Source: Armatimonadota bacterium
GTDB taxonomy: Bacteria > Armatimonadota > UBA10988
Direction: 5' to 3'
NCBI GenBank assembly: GCA_016235455.1
Contig: JACRKZ010000078.1
Coordinates: forward strand, 1-39,628
Length of the DNA stretch: 39,628 bases
Program-made: the position numbers and the translations under genes
The notes under the pieces: generated by a model
What the model saw: the letters and a program-made list of their open reading frames with translations, nothing else
Told to the model about the DNA's origin: nothing
The model's database searches: none
Part shown: piece after piece, positions 28,896 through 38,113 of the stretch
Numbering within the stretch: the first letter of the stretch is position 1
How the letters are laid out: the number at the start of each line of letters is the position of its first letter

Positions 28896-30532
28896 GGCGC
28901 CGCGATCAGCGCGAACGGCCCGACCCGCAGGCGCAGCGGGAGCGAACTGCCGGTGGGCAACACCAGGCTCAGGTGCACCGCGCGCTGCTCTCCAGGCTCC
29001 AGCGGCTGGATCCAGACGAACGGGCCGTCCGGTGTAAGCAACGGTGTCTCGACGAGCTTGCCATCGACCTCGAACGCCACCTGCGCCTGACCAGCGACCG
29101 GCGAGATGGCCACGCCCCAGGGCGTGGCCACGCCCGAAGGGTTGGTCAACAGCAGCGTGAAGCGGTAGCGCACGCCCGCCGTACCCTCGGCCTCGCCGCA
29201 AGTCGTCTCGACCACGCGGGTCGCGTCATCAGAAGTGATCACCTCGGTCAGCCGCTCAGGAAAGGCAGCCTGCACCAGCGGTGCCGGCTCGCGCGGTTGG
29301 GAATCGGGCGGAAGCGGCTGCGGGCCGAGCCGAGCACTATCGGGCGGCAGCGCCAACACCTGCCACTCCACATCGGCACCGCTGACCAGGCGCAGGTCGC
29401 CGAGCCAGCCCACGCCCTGGCCGCTCTTGGCCTCGCGGCTGCACACCACCCAGACAGAGCGCGGCGGCACCGTGACGAATACGCCGGCCTCGGCCAGCTT
29501 GGCGCGCAAGTACTCGCGCGATGCCTTGTGGCCGGCCCAGATGGCGTTGTCGGTCGGCCCCGTGGCCGCCAGGTTCATCCAGACGCGCGCCGGCTCGCCG
29601 CCGGCGTTGGCCAGCCGAGCCTGGATTGCCAGGGGCTCGCCAGAACTGTTCACCTGCCAACTCACGGCGCGGTAGGTGGCCTCGGTGACCACCGCCATGC
29701 GGCCCAGCAGGCCGGGCGCCACCACCGAGCCCGACGCGCTCCCACAACCTGGCAGCACGCGCGAGGCGGCGTTGTGCTCGAACGACACGCGCTCGGTGCG
29801 GTACACCACGAGGTCGTCGGTCGGCGCCGCGTCACCGCCCGAGGCGCGCAGGCGCAGGGCGCTCGGCTCGGTCGGCGTGACAGTCAGCCGCGTGCCCGGC
29901 GGGCGTTCCAGGAGCGGCTCGGCGATAGCGGCGGCAGCCTGCGCCAACTGGTCGGCGGTGGGTTCGCCGGTGACCTGCAGGCTGATCTCGCTCAGTCGTC
30001 GCGCCGCGCGCGGCACCACCACCAGGGGCACATCGAGGCTCAGCCCGTCGCGCGTGATGGTGATCATGGCGCGACCCGGCAGACGGCCGGTGATGCGTAG
30101 CGCCGCCTGGTCCTCGGTCGGCGCGGCGTCGACGATGGGTGGCTCGACCCGAGCGATGCGGAAGCCGCGCGCTATGGCCGTGCCCAGCACCGGCACCTCG
30201 ATCAGTTCGTCCAGCGGCACCGCCACCGGCGTCGGCTCGACAGCGATGTAGGGCCTGGTCAGTTCGGCGCGGATCAGCTTCTCCGCCCGGGCCAGGGCCG
30301 CGCGTGAGGCGTGCCGCTCGGCACGCAGATAGGCGAGCGCCGCCTCGGGCGTGTCGCCCACCACCATCCAGGAGTCCTTGATCGGCTCCGTCGAGCCCTT
30401 GCCCAGCAGCACGCACGCGCCGAAGCGCACCGTGCCGCGGCTGTCGACCGTCACCCGGTTGGTCGAAACAGCCCGCGAGGCCTGAGCCACCAAGCCACAC
30501 AGCACCAGAGCCACCACGCGACGCAAGTTCAT
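28892..30532 (-). CDS. Hypothetical exported protein
   Basis: Signal peptide MNLRRVVALVLCGLVAQASRA; coupled between lpxD and murB; beta-rich C-terminal half. Confidence 0.75.
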   Translation of the reverse strand: MNLRRVVALVLCGLVAQASRAVSTNRVTVDSRGTVRFGACVLLGKGSTEPIKDSWMVVGDTPEAALAYLRAERHASRAALARAEKLIRAELTRPYIAVEPTPVAVPLDELIEVPVLGTAIARGFRIARVEPPIVDAAPTEDQAALRITGRLPGRAMITITRDGLSLDVPLVVVPRAARRLSEISLQVTGEPTADQLAQAAAAIAEPLLERPPGTRLTVTPTEPSALRLRASGGDAAPTDDLVVYRTERVSFEHNAASRVLPGCGSASGSVVAPGLLGRMAVVTEATYRAVSWQVNSSGEPLAIQARLANAGGEPARVWMNLAATGPTDNAIWAGHKASREYLRAKLAEAGVFVTVPPRSVWVVCSREAKSGQGVGWLGDLRLVSGADVEWQVLALPPDSARLGPQPLPPDSQPREPAPLVQAAFPERLTEVITSDDATRVVETTCGEAEGTAGVRYRFTLLLTNPSGVATPWGVAISPVAGQAQVAFEVDGKLVETPLLTPDGPFVWIQPLEPGEQRAVHLSLVLPTGSSLPLRLRVGPFALIAAP

Positions 30533-30533
30533 G

Positions 30534-31565
30534 CTACCCGCCCGACTCCTGCCCCGCTGCCGCGCGGGCCTCGCGTTCGGCCCGGCGCGCTTCGCGCATC
30601 ATGTCGGGCAGCCGCGTCAGGGCTGCCATCATGCGGTGGAACTCGATGCCCGGCAACGCCGGCGTGCCCATCAGCCGCTGGCCTGGCGCGGCGCTCTTGG
30701 CCACGCCCGACTGCGCCCCGACCATGACACCGTCGCCGATGTCGAGGTGGTCGGCCACGCCCACCTGGCCCGCCAGCACGACCCCGTTGCCCAGCGTGGT
30801 ACTGCCAGCGACACCGACCTGGCTGATCAGCAGGCAGTGCCGGCCGGTGCGCACGTTGTGTGCCACCATGACCAGATTGTCGATCTTGGTGCCCGCGCCG
30901 ATGCGCGTGCAGCCCAGCGTGGCGCGGTCGATGCAGGTGTTGGCGCCGATCTCGCACTCGTCCTCGATGACCACGCCGCCGATCTGCGGCACGAGCTGGT
31001 GCTGGCCACCGTCGTGGGTGAAGCCGTAGCCGTCGGCGCCCACCACCGCGCCGCTGTCGATGGTGCAGCGCGCACCCACGCGGACCCCGTCGTACAGCGT
31101 GACGTGCGGTTTGAGGATGGTGTCGTCGCCCACGGCGCAGCGCTCACCGATGACCGTGTGCGCACCGATCACCACACGCGCGCCCAGCACCGTACCCGCG
31201 CCAATCACGGCATACGGCGCGATGCTCGGGTCGGACCCGACGACCACGCCTTCGCCCAGCACCGCGGTGGGATGGACGCCGGTCGGCGCGGGCCGCGGCG
31301 GCTGGAAGGCGCGCAGCAACACCGACTGCGCCTTGCGCACATCGGGTACAACGATGTGTGGCAGCGCGCACTGGCAGCCCGTGCGCACCACCGCCGACCC
31401 GGCGCCGCTGGCCTCGGCCTGCACCACCGCGGCGGGGTCGAAGGCGAAGACGAGGCTGCCCTCGTCCGCCTGATCCAGCGCGGCCAGGCGCTCGACCACG
31501 AGCGCGCCGTCACCACGCAGTTCGCCGCCCACCAGCTCGCACACTTCGCTCAACGTCATGCTCAT
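30534..31565 (-). CDS. lpxD: UDP-3-O-(3-hydroxyacyl)glucosamine N-acyltransferase
   Basis: GVHPTAVL, hexapeptide repeats, GADGYGF, PQIGGVVIED, EIGANTCIDR, KIDNLVMVAHNV, GQVGVADH. Confidence 0.95.
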   Translation of the reverse strand: MSMTLSEVCELVGGELRGDGALVVERLAALDQADEGSLVFAFDPAAVVQAEASGAGSAVVRTGCQCALPHIVVPDVRKAQSVLLRAFQPPRPAPTGVHPTAVLGEGVVVGSDPSIAPYAVIGAGTVLGARVVIGAHTVIGERCAVGDDTILKPHVTLYDGVRVGARCTIDSGAVVGADGYGFTHDGGQHQLVPQIGGVVIEDECEIGANTCIDRATLGCTRIGAGTKIDNLVMVAHNVRTGRHCLLISQVGVAGSTTLGNGVVLAGQVGVADHLDIGDGVMVGAQSGVAKSAAPGQRLMGTPALPGIEFHRMMAALTRLPDMMREARRAEREARAAAGQESGG

Positions 31566-32674
31566 GGTCTCTTTCCATCGGGATCGGACGCAGCCGGCAG
31601 AGCCGGCACCAGCCACTCGGGATGCTCTTCTGAGCCCGCCAGCCAGACCGCCGCGAGGTCGGTCACGTCGGGCAGCCCGCCGGTCGGCGCCAGCTCAATA
31701 CGCACCTGCGCCATGGTCGCCAGCGCGCCCAACCGCCGGCTGAGCCGCGTGGCCAAATCGGCGCGCAGGTCTCGGGTCAAATGCTCCGCGTGCTGCTCCC
31801 AGCTGTCGGCGGCCAGACGCCAGCGTGCCGCGCGGCGCCCGCGGGCGGCTTCGCCCTCGGCAAGCGCGGCGGCCAGTTCGGTGCGCCAGACAGACAGGTC
31901 AAGCAGCGGCCCCGCCAGCGGGCCCAAGCCCTTGTCTGGCGTGGCGGCGGCAGCAGCAGCCAACAGCGCCGCGGACGCCTCCTGCTCGGCTCGCCGCGCG
32001 GCGACATCGCCCTCGGCGACGGCCACCGCTTCGGCGTCGATGGCGTCGAGTTCAGCCGTCTGCCGCGCCAACCGGTCGCGCAACCAGGCCGTGGCGCCGT
32101 CCTCGAGATCGGCCCGCCACAGCGCGGCGACGGCGCCCTCGGCGGCGTCCAGTGCGTTGCGCTCGACGTCCCAGGGCATGGCCTCGGCGCCGGCCACCGC
32201 GGCCAATTGCAAGTCGAGGTTGATGCGCTCGGCGCCCTGCGCCTCGGACAGCCCGGTCGAACGCGCCAGGTTGGCCAGCTTGCTATCGCGCAGAGTCGTC
32301 AGCCATTCGCGCTGCAAGGCGGGCAGACTGGCCGCCAGGGCCCGTCGGCGCGCGCTGGCGATCTGCGACAAATGGGACTCGCGGAGGATCTGCAGCTCCA
32401 TGGCCGCGGCGCGCCGCGACAGATCCTCGTCGCGCGGACCCTCGTTCTCGGGCAGCTTGACCTGGGTCGGCGGCAGTTCGGGCAACACCAACGGCGCCAC
32501 CTGGTCCGCGGCCAGCCGCAACTGCGTCGCGGTGAGCCGCAGCCCGTCGACCCGCGCCCAGGCGCTATCGGCGGCGACCAGGGCGTCAAGCCGCACCCAC
32601 CCAGCCGCCGGCAACGGCGGAGGTGGCGCTGCACCCGCGACGACGGCCAGCCAGGCGGCAAGGAGCGGTACCAT
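31562..32674 (-). CDS. Hypothetical exported coiled-coil protein (possible divergent Skp/OmpH)
   Basis: Signal-like N-terminus, Ala/Arg/Glu-rich helices, C-terminal PDVTDLA; its stop overlaps the lpxD ATG. Confidence 0.65.
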   Translation of the reverse strand: MVPLLAAWLAVVAGAAPPPPLPAAGWVRLDALVAADSAWARVDGLRLTATQLRLAADQVAPLVLPELPPTQVKLPENEGPRDEDLSRRAAAMELQILRESHLSQIASARRRALAASLPALQREWLTTLRDSKLANLARSTGLSEAQGAERINLDLQLAAVAGAEAMPWDVERNALDAAEGAVAALWRADLEDGATAWLRDRLARQTAELDAIDAEAVAVAEGDVAARRAEQEASAALLAAAAAATPDKGLGPLAGPLLDLSVWRTELAAALAEGEAARGRRAARWRLAADSWEQHAEHLTRDLRADLATRLSRRLGALATMAQVRIELAPTGGLPDVTDLAAVWLAGSEEHPEWLVPALPAASDPDGKRP

Positions 32675-32733
32675 GGGCGCAGTCTAGCACGGCGCGGTGG
32701 ACCGGGCAACGCGCGCGGCCCCGTCGGCTCGCC

Positions 32734-34716
32734 TCAGTCGAACCCCATGGCCGGCGCTTGGGGCATGTAGCCCAGGAAGCGCCCGACCAGCACCAGGGCC
32801 GTCCAGAAGAAGGCCGAGGCGAAGGTGCCCAGGATGAGCCCCAGGAAGAACGGCATGCAGCGCCGGTACAGCTTCATGCCGCCACTACGCAGGATGAAGC
32901 CCTTGATGACCCAGGTGACCAGCGCCGGGAACCAGAACACGACCAGCGTCCACGAGGCGCTGACCGCATAGGCCAGCGGATGCAGCGGCCACCAGACCAG
33001 CGTTGTGCGCAGCACCACCAGCGCCGCGCAGACCACCACGCCCGCGCCAAAGGCCAGGCCCGCGCCGGGCGGCATCGGCAGCCGCGCTTCCATGGCGCCG
33101 GCGGCCTCCTTGAGCTGCCATTCGGCGTTCACGCGCGGATAGCCATAGAGCGTGATGTGGCCCATCTGATGGCTGGTGGTGATGAAGAAGTAGCAGCCGG
33201 CGACCAGCGCCACGACGATGGCCAGCGCGATGGGCAGCACCAGCGCGCGCGGCCGGTAGCGGAGTTCGCGCGCCAGCTTCTGATTGTCCATGAAGGTGCT
33301 GAGCAATAGGCCGCGCATGTCGCGCGTCAGCACCGTGTCCAGCATGGCCATCATGACCAGGTTGCGCGAGCCCAGCGACCATTGCGGCCGGAACATCTTG
33401 ATCAGGTCGATGGGCCGGAAGCTGGCCTCGGTCTGCAGCAGGCCGGCCTCGGCCGTGCCGCGGGTGAGCACGAGCGCTACGATGAACACAAACACGCCCA
33501 GCTCGGTCACCGCCAGCCACGGGTCGAGCCCGGCCGCGATGCACCAGAGCACCGCCCCGACAAAGCTCAGCAGCAGGCCCCACACCGCCAGCCGGAAGGG
33601 GATCATCTCGTCGTCCGGCCCATCCGCCAGATAGGACCTGGCCCGGCTGAGGGCCGACCGCAGCACCGGCTTGTAGTGGCCCCAGCCGCTGTGGATCAGG
33701 TAGACGACCAGCACCAGATAGGCGCCGGCCACCTGATAGCCGATGTACAGGCGCGTCGGATACTGCGGCATGACCGTCGGCTGGAAGCCCAGTTGCACCG
33801 CCGCCACATCGGTCATGCGGGTGATCGCGAAGAACAGCCACAGGCTCAGCAGCAGGTCGCTGGACAGGAAGTAGAAGAAGCCGATGGCCGCAAACGACAG
33901 GTTCACCGGCGTGTAGAAGATGCCGTTCCAGGGCCGAGTGGTGAAGTAGTCGTTGAGCACCCAGCGCAGCTTCAGCTCGGGCACGCCGGGTATGTTGGCG
34001 TGCAGACCGTTGATCAGAATCACCGCCGCCGGGATAGCCGCGCCAACCCAGGTCAACCGATTGGCAAAGAACGGTTTGGCCTGGTCGTCATCCAGGATGA
34101 TCAGCGGTAACGCCACCAGGGGGAAGACCAGCTTCTCGCTATCGGCCCACTGCTTGCGCAGAATTACCGACAGGCAGAAGAACGCGCAGTAGAGCAGGCC
34201 CAGCAGCCCCGACCAGGACAGGATGGGCCCGACCCAGCGCCGCCACTGCACGCGCGCGTTGCCCTCGTAGTAGTCGCGGGTGATGCGCTGGAGCGGCGCG
34301 CCATGGGGGTCGTAGACCACCAGGTGCTGCGGCGTGAAGTCCGCGAACAGCTCCATGTACTTGTTCTCGGCCGTAGCGATGTAGTTGAGGTGCACCAGCG
34401 GCGGAACCAGCTTCTCAATGGTGCCGCGCGAGCCCATGAGCACGGCGATGAGCATCATCACGTAGATGGGGAACAGGTCGCCCGAGGCCAGCAGGTTGAT
34501 GCGCAGAGCCCAGCGCACCAGTCGCGACAGCGCCACGAGCACCAACAGGCCACCGACGGCGGCCGGCGCGAATTGGAGGATGCCGATCTGCACCGACCCG
34601 ACGACCATGTCGCCGTAGACAGTGACCAGCGACATGAAGACGACGAGCGGCACGCCTACGAGAAGCGCGCGCAGACGTAGACCGGACAGCTTAACCGCTG
34701 GAGGGGTATCGGGCAT
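32734..34716 (-). CDS. Large polytopic membrane protein (DUF6785/DUF6784-like, putative transporter)
   Basis: More than 12 hydrophobic segments; RKQWADSEKLVFPL, WWPLHPLAY, GGMKLYRRCMPFFLGLILG. Family recognised from memory only. Confidence 0.8.
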   Translation of the reverse strand: MPDTPPAVKLSGLRLRALLVGVPLVVFMSLVTVYGDMVVGSVQIGILQFAPAAVGGLLVLVALSRLVRWALRINLLASGDLFPIYVMMLIAVLMGSRGTIEKLVPPLVHLNYIATAENKYMELFADFTPQHLVVYDPHGAPLQRITRDYYEGNARVQWRRWVGPILSWSGLLGLLYCAFFCLSVILRKQWADSEKLVFPLVALPLIILDDDQAKPFFANRLTWVGAAIPAAVILINGLHANIPGVPELKLRWVLNDYFTTRPWNGIFYTPVNLSFAAIGFFYFLSSDLLLSLWLFFAITRMTDVAAVQLGFQPTVMPQYPTRLYIGYQVAGAYLVLVVYLIHSGWGHYKPVLRSALSRARSYLADGPDDEMIPFRLAVWGLLLSFVGAVLWCIAAGLDPWLAVTELGVFVFIVALVLTRGTAEAGLLQTEASFRPIDLIKMFRPQWSLGSRNLVMMAMLDTVLTRDMRGLLLSTFMDNQKLARELRYRPRALVLPIALAIVVALVAGCYFFITTSHQMGHITLYGYPRVNAEWQLKEAAGAMEARLPMPPGAGLAFGAGVVVCAALVVLRTTLVWWPLHPLAYAVSASWTLVVFWFPALVTWVIKGFILRSGGMKLYRRCMPFFLGLILGTFASAFFWTALVLVGRFLGYMPQAPAMGFD

Positions 34717-34742
34717 GTCGGCTCATTCGCCGACGATTCCGT

Positions 34743-36923
34743 CTATCCTTCTGGGGTCGGTTCGGGCCGAGGTCGACCGATGAAGTGGTAGCGCCCATCG
34801 GCCGGCTGCGAGGCCAGCAGTAAGCCGCCATGGGGCAGCCCGTCGGCCAGCGGCGCCAACGCCGGGGCTAGGGCACCAGCCGCGGCCAGCGCCGTCTCGG
34901 GCGTCAGTTCGGCCCACGCCTTGCCGAGCCGCTCGGCCACGCCGGCGGCGATGACGTTGACGATGTCGAGGTCGCTGCGCACGCCGAGGATCGGTCGAAC
35001 GGCGGCCGGCACGTGTTGCGCGCGGCCCTCGTAGTTGACCACCGTGGTCGGACGCTCGAAACTGCACGAGGCCGGCAGCACCACATCGGCGGAGCGCGCC
35101 GTCTGAGTCATGAACAGCTCGCTGACCACCACGAACGGCGCGCGCGCCGCCACGGGCTGACCCAGCCCCGACGGCAGCCAGCGGTCGCGCACGGCCTGCC
35201 AGGGATTGCCCGACGAAGCACCCAGATCGCTGCCCAGTACGAGCAGCGCGCCCAGCGGCGCGCACAGCGCCTCGGGCTCGGCCAGGCCCAGCTCCAGCGC
35301 GCCGCGCAGGTTGGCGTTGAGCGTCGGCTCCAGGTAGCCGCCGGCCTCCATGCCGGGCGTGCCCAGCAGGAGCGACAGGTTCCAGGCGGCTTGACGCGCG
35401 GCGGCATCCACCTGCCAGCCGGCGAAGACCACCAGGTCGCCGGCGCCAGCCAGCCGGTCGGCCAGCGCGGCCAGCCGCTCGGCGTCGACGCCCTCGGGCA
35501 CTTCCGCCGACCACTGCTCGCGCACGTCGGCGAAGCCCTTGCAGCCGCCGCGGATGAACTTGAGGTTATGCCGCTTCTCGCCCAGCAGCCGCGCGGTCAG
35601 CGCCTCGACCACCTGCCCCTCGGTGCCCGGCTCACAGGCCAGGTCGAAGCTGCTGGCCAGGCCGAGATGCAGGTCGCGGCAGCCGATGGTGTACAGCGGC
35701 ATGCCCTTCTTGCGGATGGCCTTGACCATGCGCAGCCAGGCGATGGGCAGGTCATTGGCGGGCTGGCCGATGACCAGGAAGGCCCGCGCATTCTCCAACT
35801 GCGCCAGCGTGGGCGCCGCGCCGAGCGTGGCGCGGGCAGCGGCCAGCGAGTTGGCCGAGGCCACCGGTCCGCCGGTCACCTCGCGGCCAAACAGCGTCGC
35901 GGCGGCCATCTCTTCCAGACCCAGGTGCGTGCCGACGGCGGTGCCGACGGTCTGGCCTGCGCCAAGCGCCTTGGCGAAACCCTCGACCGCGGCGGCCAGG
36001 GCGTCGTCGAAGCTGGCCGGCTCGAGCTGGCCGGTGTCGGGGTTGCGCACCAGCGGCACATCCAGCCGCTCGGGGCTGAGCACCCAGTCGGTGGCGTGGA
36101 AGCGGTCGCGGTCGCTGCACCACAGGTCGTTGACGTCCACGTTCTCGCGCGGCATCACGCGGCGAATGACGTTCTCGCGCACGTCGAGCCAGAGGTTGGT
36201 GCCGCAGGCGTCCCATGGCGAGAGAACCGGCTTGCGCTGCATCTCCCAGGGCCGCGAGGCGAAGCGGAAGGTGCTGCTGGTCAGCGCGCCCACAGGGCAG
36301 ATGTCGCAGGTATTACCCGCGAAATGGCTGTCGTAGGTCCCGTCGGCGGCCGGCGCCACCTGGGTCGAGCCGCCGCGGTTGACCAGCATGATGGTCTTCT
36401 CGGCGGCGATCTCGTCCACATAGCGCACGCACAGGCCGCACTGAATGCAGCGCTCGCGGTCGAGCAACACGTCGGCCGAGATGGGCAGCGGCTTGGGGAA
36501 CCGGCGGCGCGAGTCGATGGTGCGGGCCACGTCCGGGCCATAGGCCATGGTCTGGTCCTGCAGCAGGCACTCACCGCCCTTGTCGCACACGGGGCAATCG
36601 AGCGGGTGGTTGACCAGCAGCAGCTCGAGCACCATGCGGCGGGCCTTCTGGGCGGCCTCGCTCTTCACCCGGACCTTCATGCCGTCGGCCACGCGCAGCG
36701 TGCAGGTGGCCACATTGGCCCAACGTCCGCGCGCCTCCACCTCGGCCATGCACATGCGGCACATGCCCACGGGGTCGAGGCGGTCGTGATAGCAGAAGCG
36801 CGGCATGTGGAAATCGGTGTAGTTGGAGATGGCGTCGATCAGCGCCATCCCGGCCGGCACCTGATAGTCCTGGTCATCGATGGTGATGGTCACCAGCTGC
36901 ACACCCGCGGTCGCTTCAGACAT
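34743..36923 (-). CDS. nuoG: NADH-quinone oxidoreductase subunit G-like Fe-S protein
   Basis: PRFCYHDRL..GMCRMC..C (2Fe-2S), NHPLDCPVCDKGGECLLQD, RCIQCGLCVR...CDICPVGAL, RPWE, molybdopterin-fold C-terminus (ADVVLPA..FER..NYEGRAQ). Confidence 0.88.
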   Translation of the reverse strand: MSEATAGVQLVTITIDDQDYQVPAGMALIDAISNYTDFHMPRFCYHDRLDPVGMCRMCMAEVEARGRWANVATCTLRVADGMKVRVKSEAAQKARRMVLELLLVNHPLDCPVCDKGGECLLQDQTMAYGPDVARTIDSRRRFPKPLPISADVLLDRERCIQCGLCVRYVDEIAAEKTIMLVNRGGSTQVAPAADGTYDSHFAGNTCDICPVGALTSSTFRFASRPWEMQRKPVLSPWDACGTNLWLDVRENVIRRVMPRENVDVNDLWCSDRDRFHATDWVLSPERLDVPLVRNPDTGQLEPASFDDALAAAVEGFAKALGAGQTVGTAVGTHLGLEEMAAATLFGREVTGGPVASANSLAAARATLGAAPTLAQLENARAFLVIGQPANDLPIAWLRMVKAIRKKGMPLYTIGCRDLHLGLASSFDLACEPGTEGQVVEALTARLLGEKRHNLKFIRGGCKGFADVREQWSAEVPEGVDAERLAALADRLAGAGDLVVFAGWQVDAAARQAAWNLSLLLGTPGMEAGGYLEPTLNANLRGALELGLAEPEALCAPLGALLVLGSDLGASSGNPWQAVRDRWLPSGLGQPVAARAPFVVVSELFMTQTARSADVVLPASCSFERPTTVVNYEGRAQHVPAAVRPILGVRSDLDIVNVIAAGVAERLGKAWAELTPETALAAAGALAPALAPLADGLPHGGLLLASQPADGRYHFIGRPRPEPTPEG

Positions 36924-37125
36924 GGCGCTTTTCCCTCAGTCGAGCCGCCCGCCGGGGCGACTGGCTGCTAGTTTGCGACGGGAGCCGCTTTCGGGCAGGA
37001 CCCACGCTGCTCCGATGATAGCAGAACCGAGGCCAATGGGATCGGCCTTGACGCCGCCAAGTCCAGGTAGCTAACCTGATGTTGAGTCTGGCTCGTTGCC
37101 AGACCGGCTCACTGGAGGCCATGTC

Positions 37126-38025
37126 ATGCGCGCTTTCGTACGAGTATCCATGGTCGGCACGCTCGCCGTGTGGGCAGCGCTGCCGCTCGCCGCCCAGGCG
37201 CCACCACCGGCGACACCGGCGGCACCGGCGGCGGCCGGCTTGGACCCGAACCTGCCCACGGTGATGGTGCTCGACCCGGCCAAGGACAAGAATGTCTGGA
37301 TCAAGGGCACGCCGGTGGTCTCGCGCTACGGGCCATGGGTCATCAACAGCCACAGCAACAAGGCGCTGGACAACTGGGGCGCGCAGATCCGCTGTGAGAA
37401 CGGCCTGATCGGCGTCTGCGGCAGCGCGGCCGACGGCTTCGAGGGCATGACCGACCCGCTGCCCGTGCGCATCAAGCCCATGGGCGACCCGCTGGCCGAC
37501 CGCAAGTGGCCGGCGCCGGCCCAGATCGCCTCGCGGCAGGCCACGCGCGTCGACTCGCGCACGCCCATCCGCGGCCGGCCGGGTGTCTACATCGGCGGCA
37601 TCACCGTGGCCGGCAATACCACGGCGGTGCTCGATGCCGGCGTCTACTACTGCCAGGACGGCGACTTCTCGGTGGAAGGCACCGTCGTCGGCCAGGGCGT
37701 GACCATCGTGCTCGGCGGCGACCAGCCGGGCCGGCTCAACGTCGGCGCCTGGGGCAGCATCGCCATCGCCGCGCCCAAGGAAGGCGACTTCGCGGGCGTC
37801 TGCGTGGTTAGCCTGGGCGAGAAGGAGACGACCCTGTGGGGCACCGGCCGTCTGGGCGGACTCGTCTATGTGCCCCGCAGCAAGGTCTCCTTCTGGGTCT
37901 CCAAGCCCTATGCCATCGAGCGGCTGTTCTGCTGGCAACTCGGCACGGCGGGCGAGGGCACCATCGAGTTCCTGGGCGTCAAGCCGCCCGAGCCCCTGCC
38001 GCCGGCGGCCGAGGCGCCGAAGTAG
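37126..38025 (+). CDS. Secreted hypothetical protein with a probable beta-helix region
   Basis: GGAGG RBS, signal peptide, Pro/Ala linker, PGVYIGGITVAGNTTAVLDAGVYY and GLVYVPRSKV repeats. Confidence 0.8.
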   Translation: MRAFVRVSMVGTLAVWAALPLAAQAPPPATPAAPAAAGLDPNLPTVMVLDPAKDKNVWIKGTPVVSRYGPWVINSHSNKALDNWGAQIRCENGLIGVCGSAADGFEGMTDPLPVRIKPMGDPLADRKWPAPAQIASRQATRVDSRTPIRGRPGVYIGGITVAGNTTAVLDAGVYYCQDGDFSVEGTVVGQGVTIVLGGDQPGRLNVGAWGSIAIAAPKEGDFAGVCVVSLGEKETTLWGTGRLGGLVYVPRSKVSFWVSKPYAIERLFCWQLGTAGEGTIEFLGVKPPEPLPPAAEAPK

Positions 38026-38030
38026 CTATG

Positions 38031-38095
38031 TCCGTGTGTCCTCTGTGTCCTCTTGTGGTTGACTCACCACGAGAGCACACAGAGCGCACAGAGGG
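38031..38095. repeat. Periodic imperfect palindrome (REP-like), CTCTGTG / CACAGAG units
   Basis: CTCTGTG-TC-CTCTTGTGGT / ACCACGAGAG-CA-CACAGAG-CG-CACAGAG, ~9-nt period, 6-nt loop. Confidence 0.75.
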
Positions 38096-38113
38096 CCTAA
38101 GGGGGGTGGACCC

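Noticed and set aside
27975-29201. 408-aa MurB with an N-terminal extension
   Set aside because: The extension overlaps the upstream gene by ~300 nt; ATG 28895 gives a normal-length MurB with ATGA coupling.
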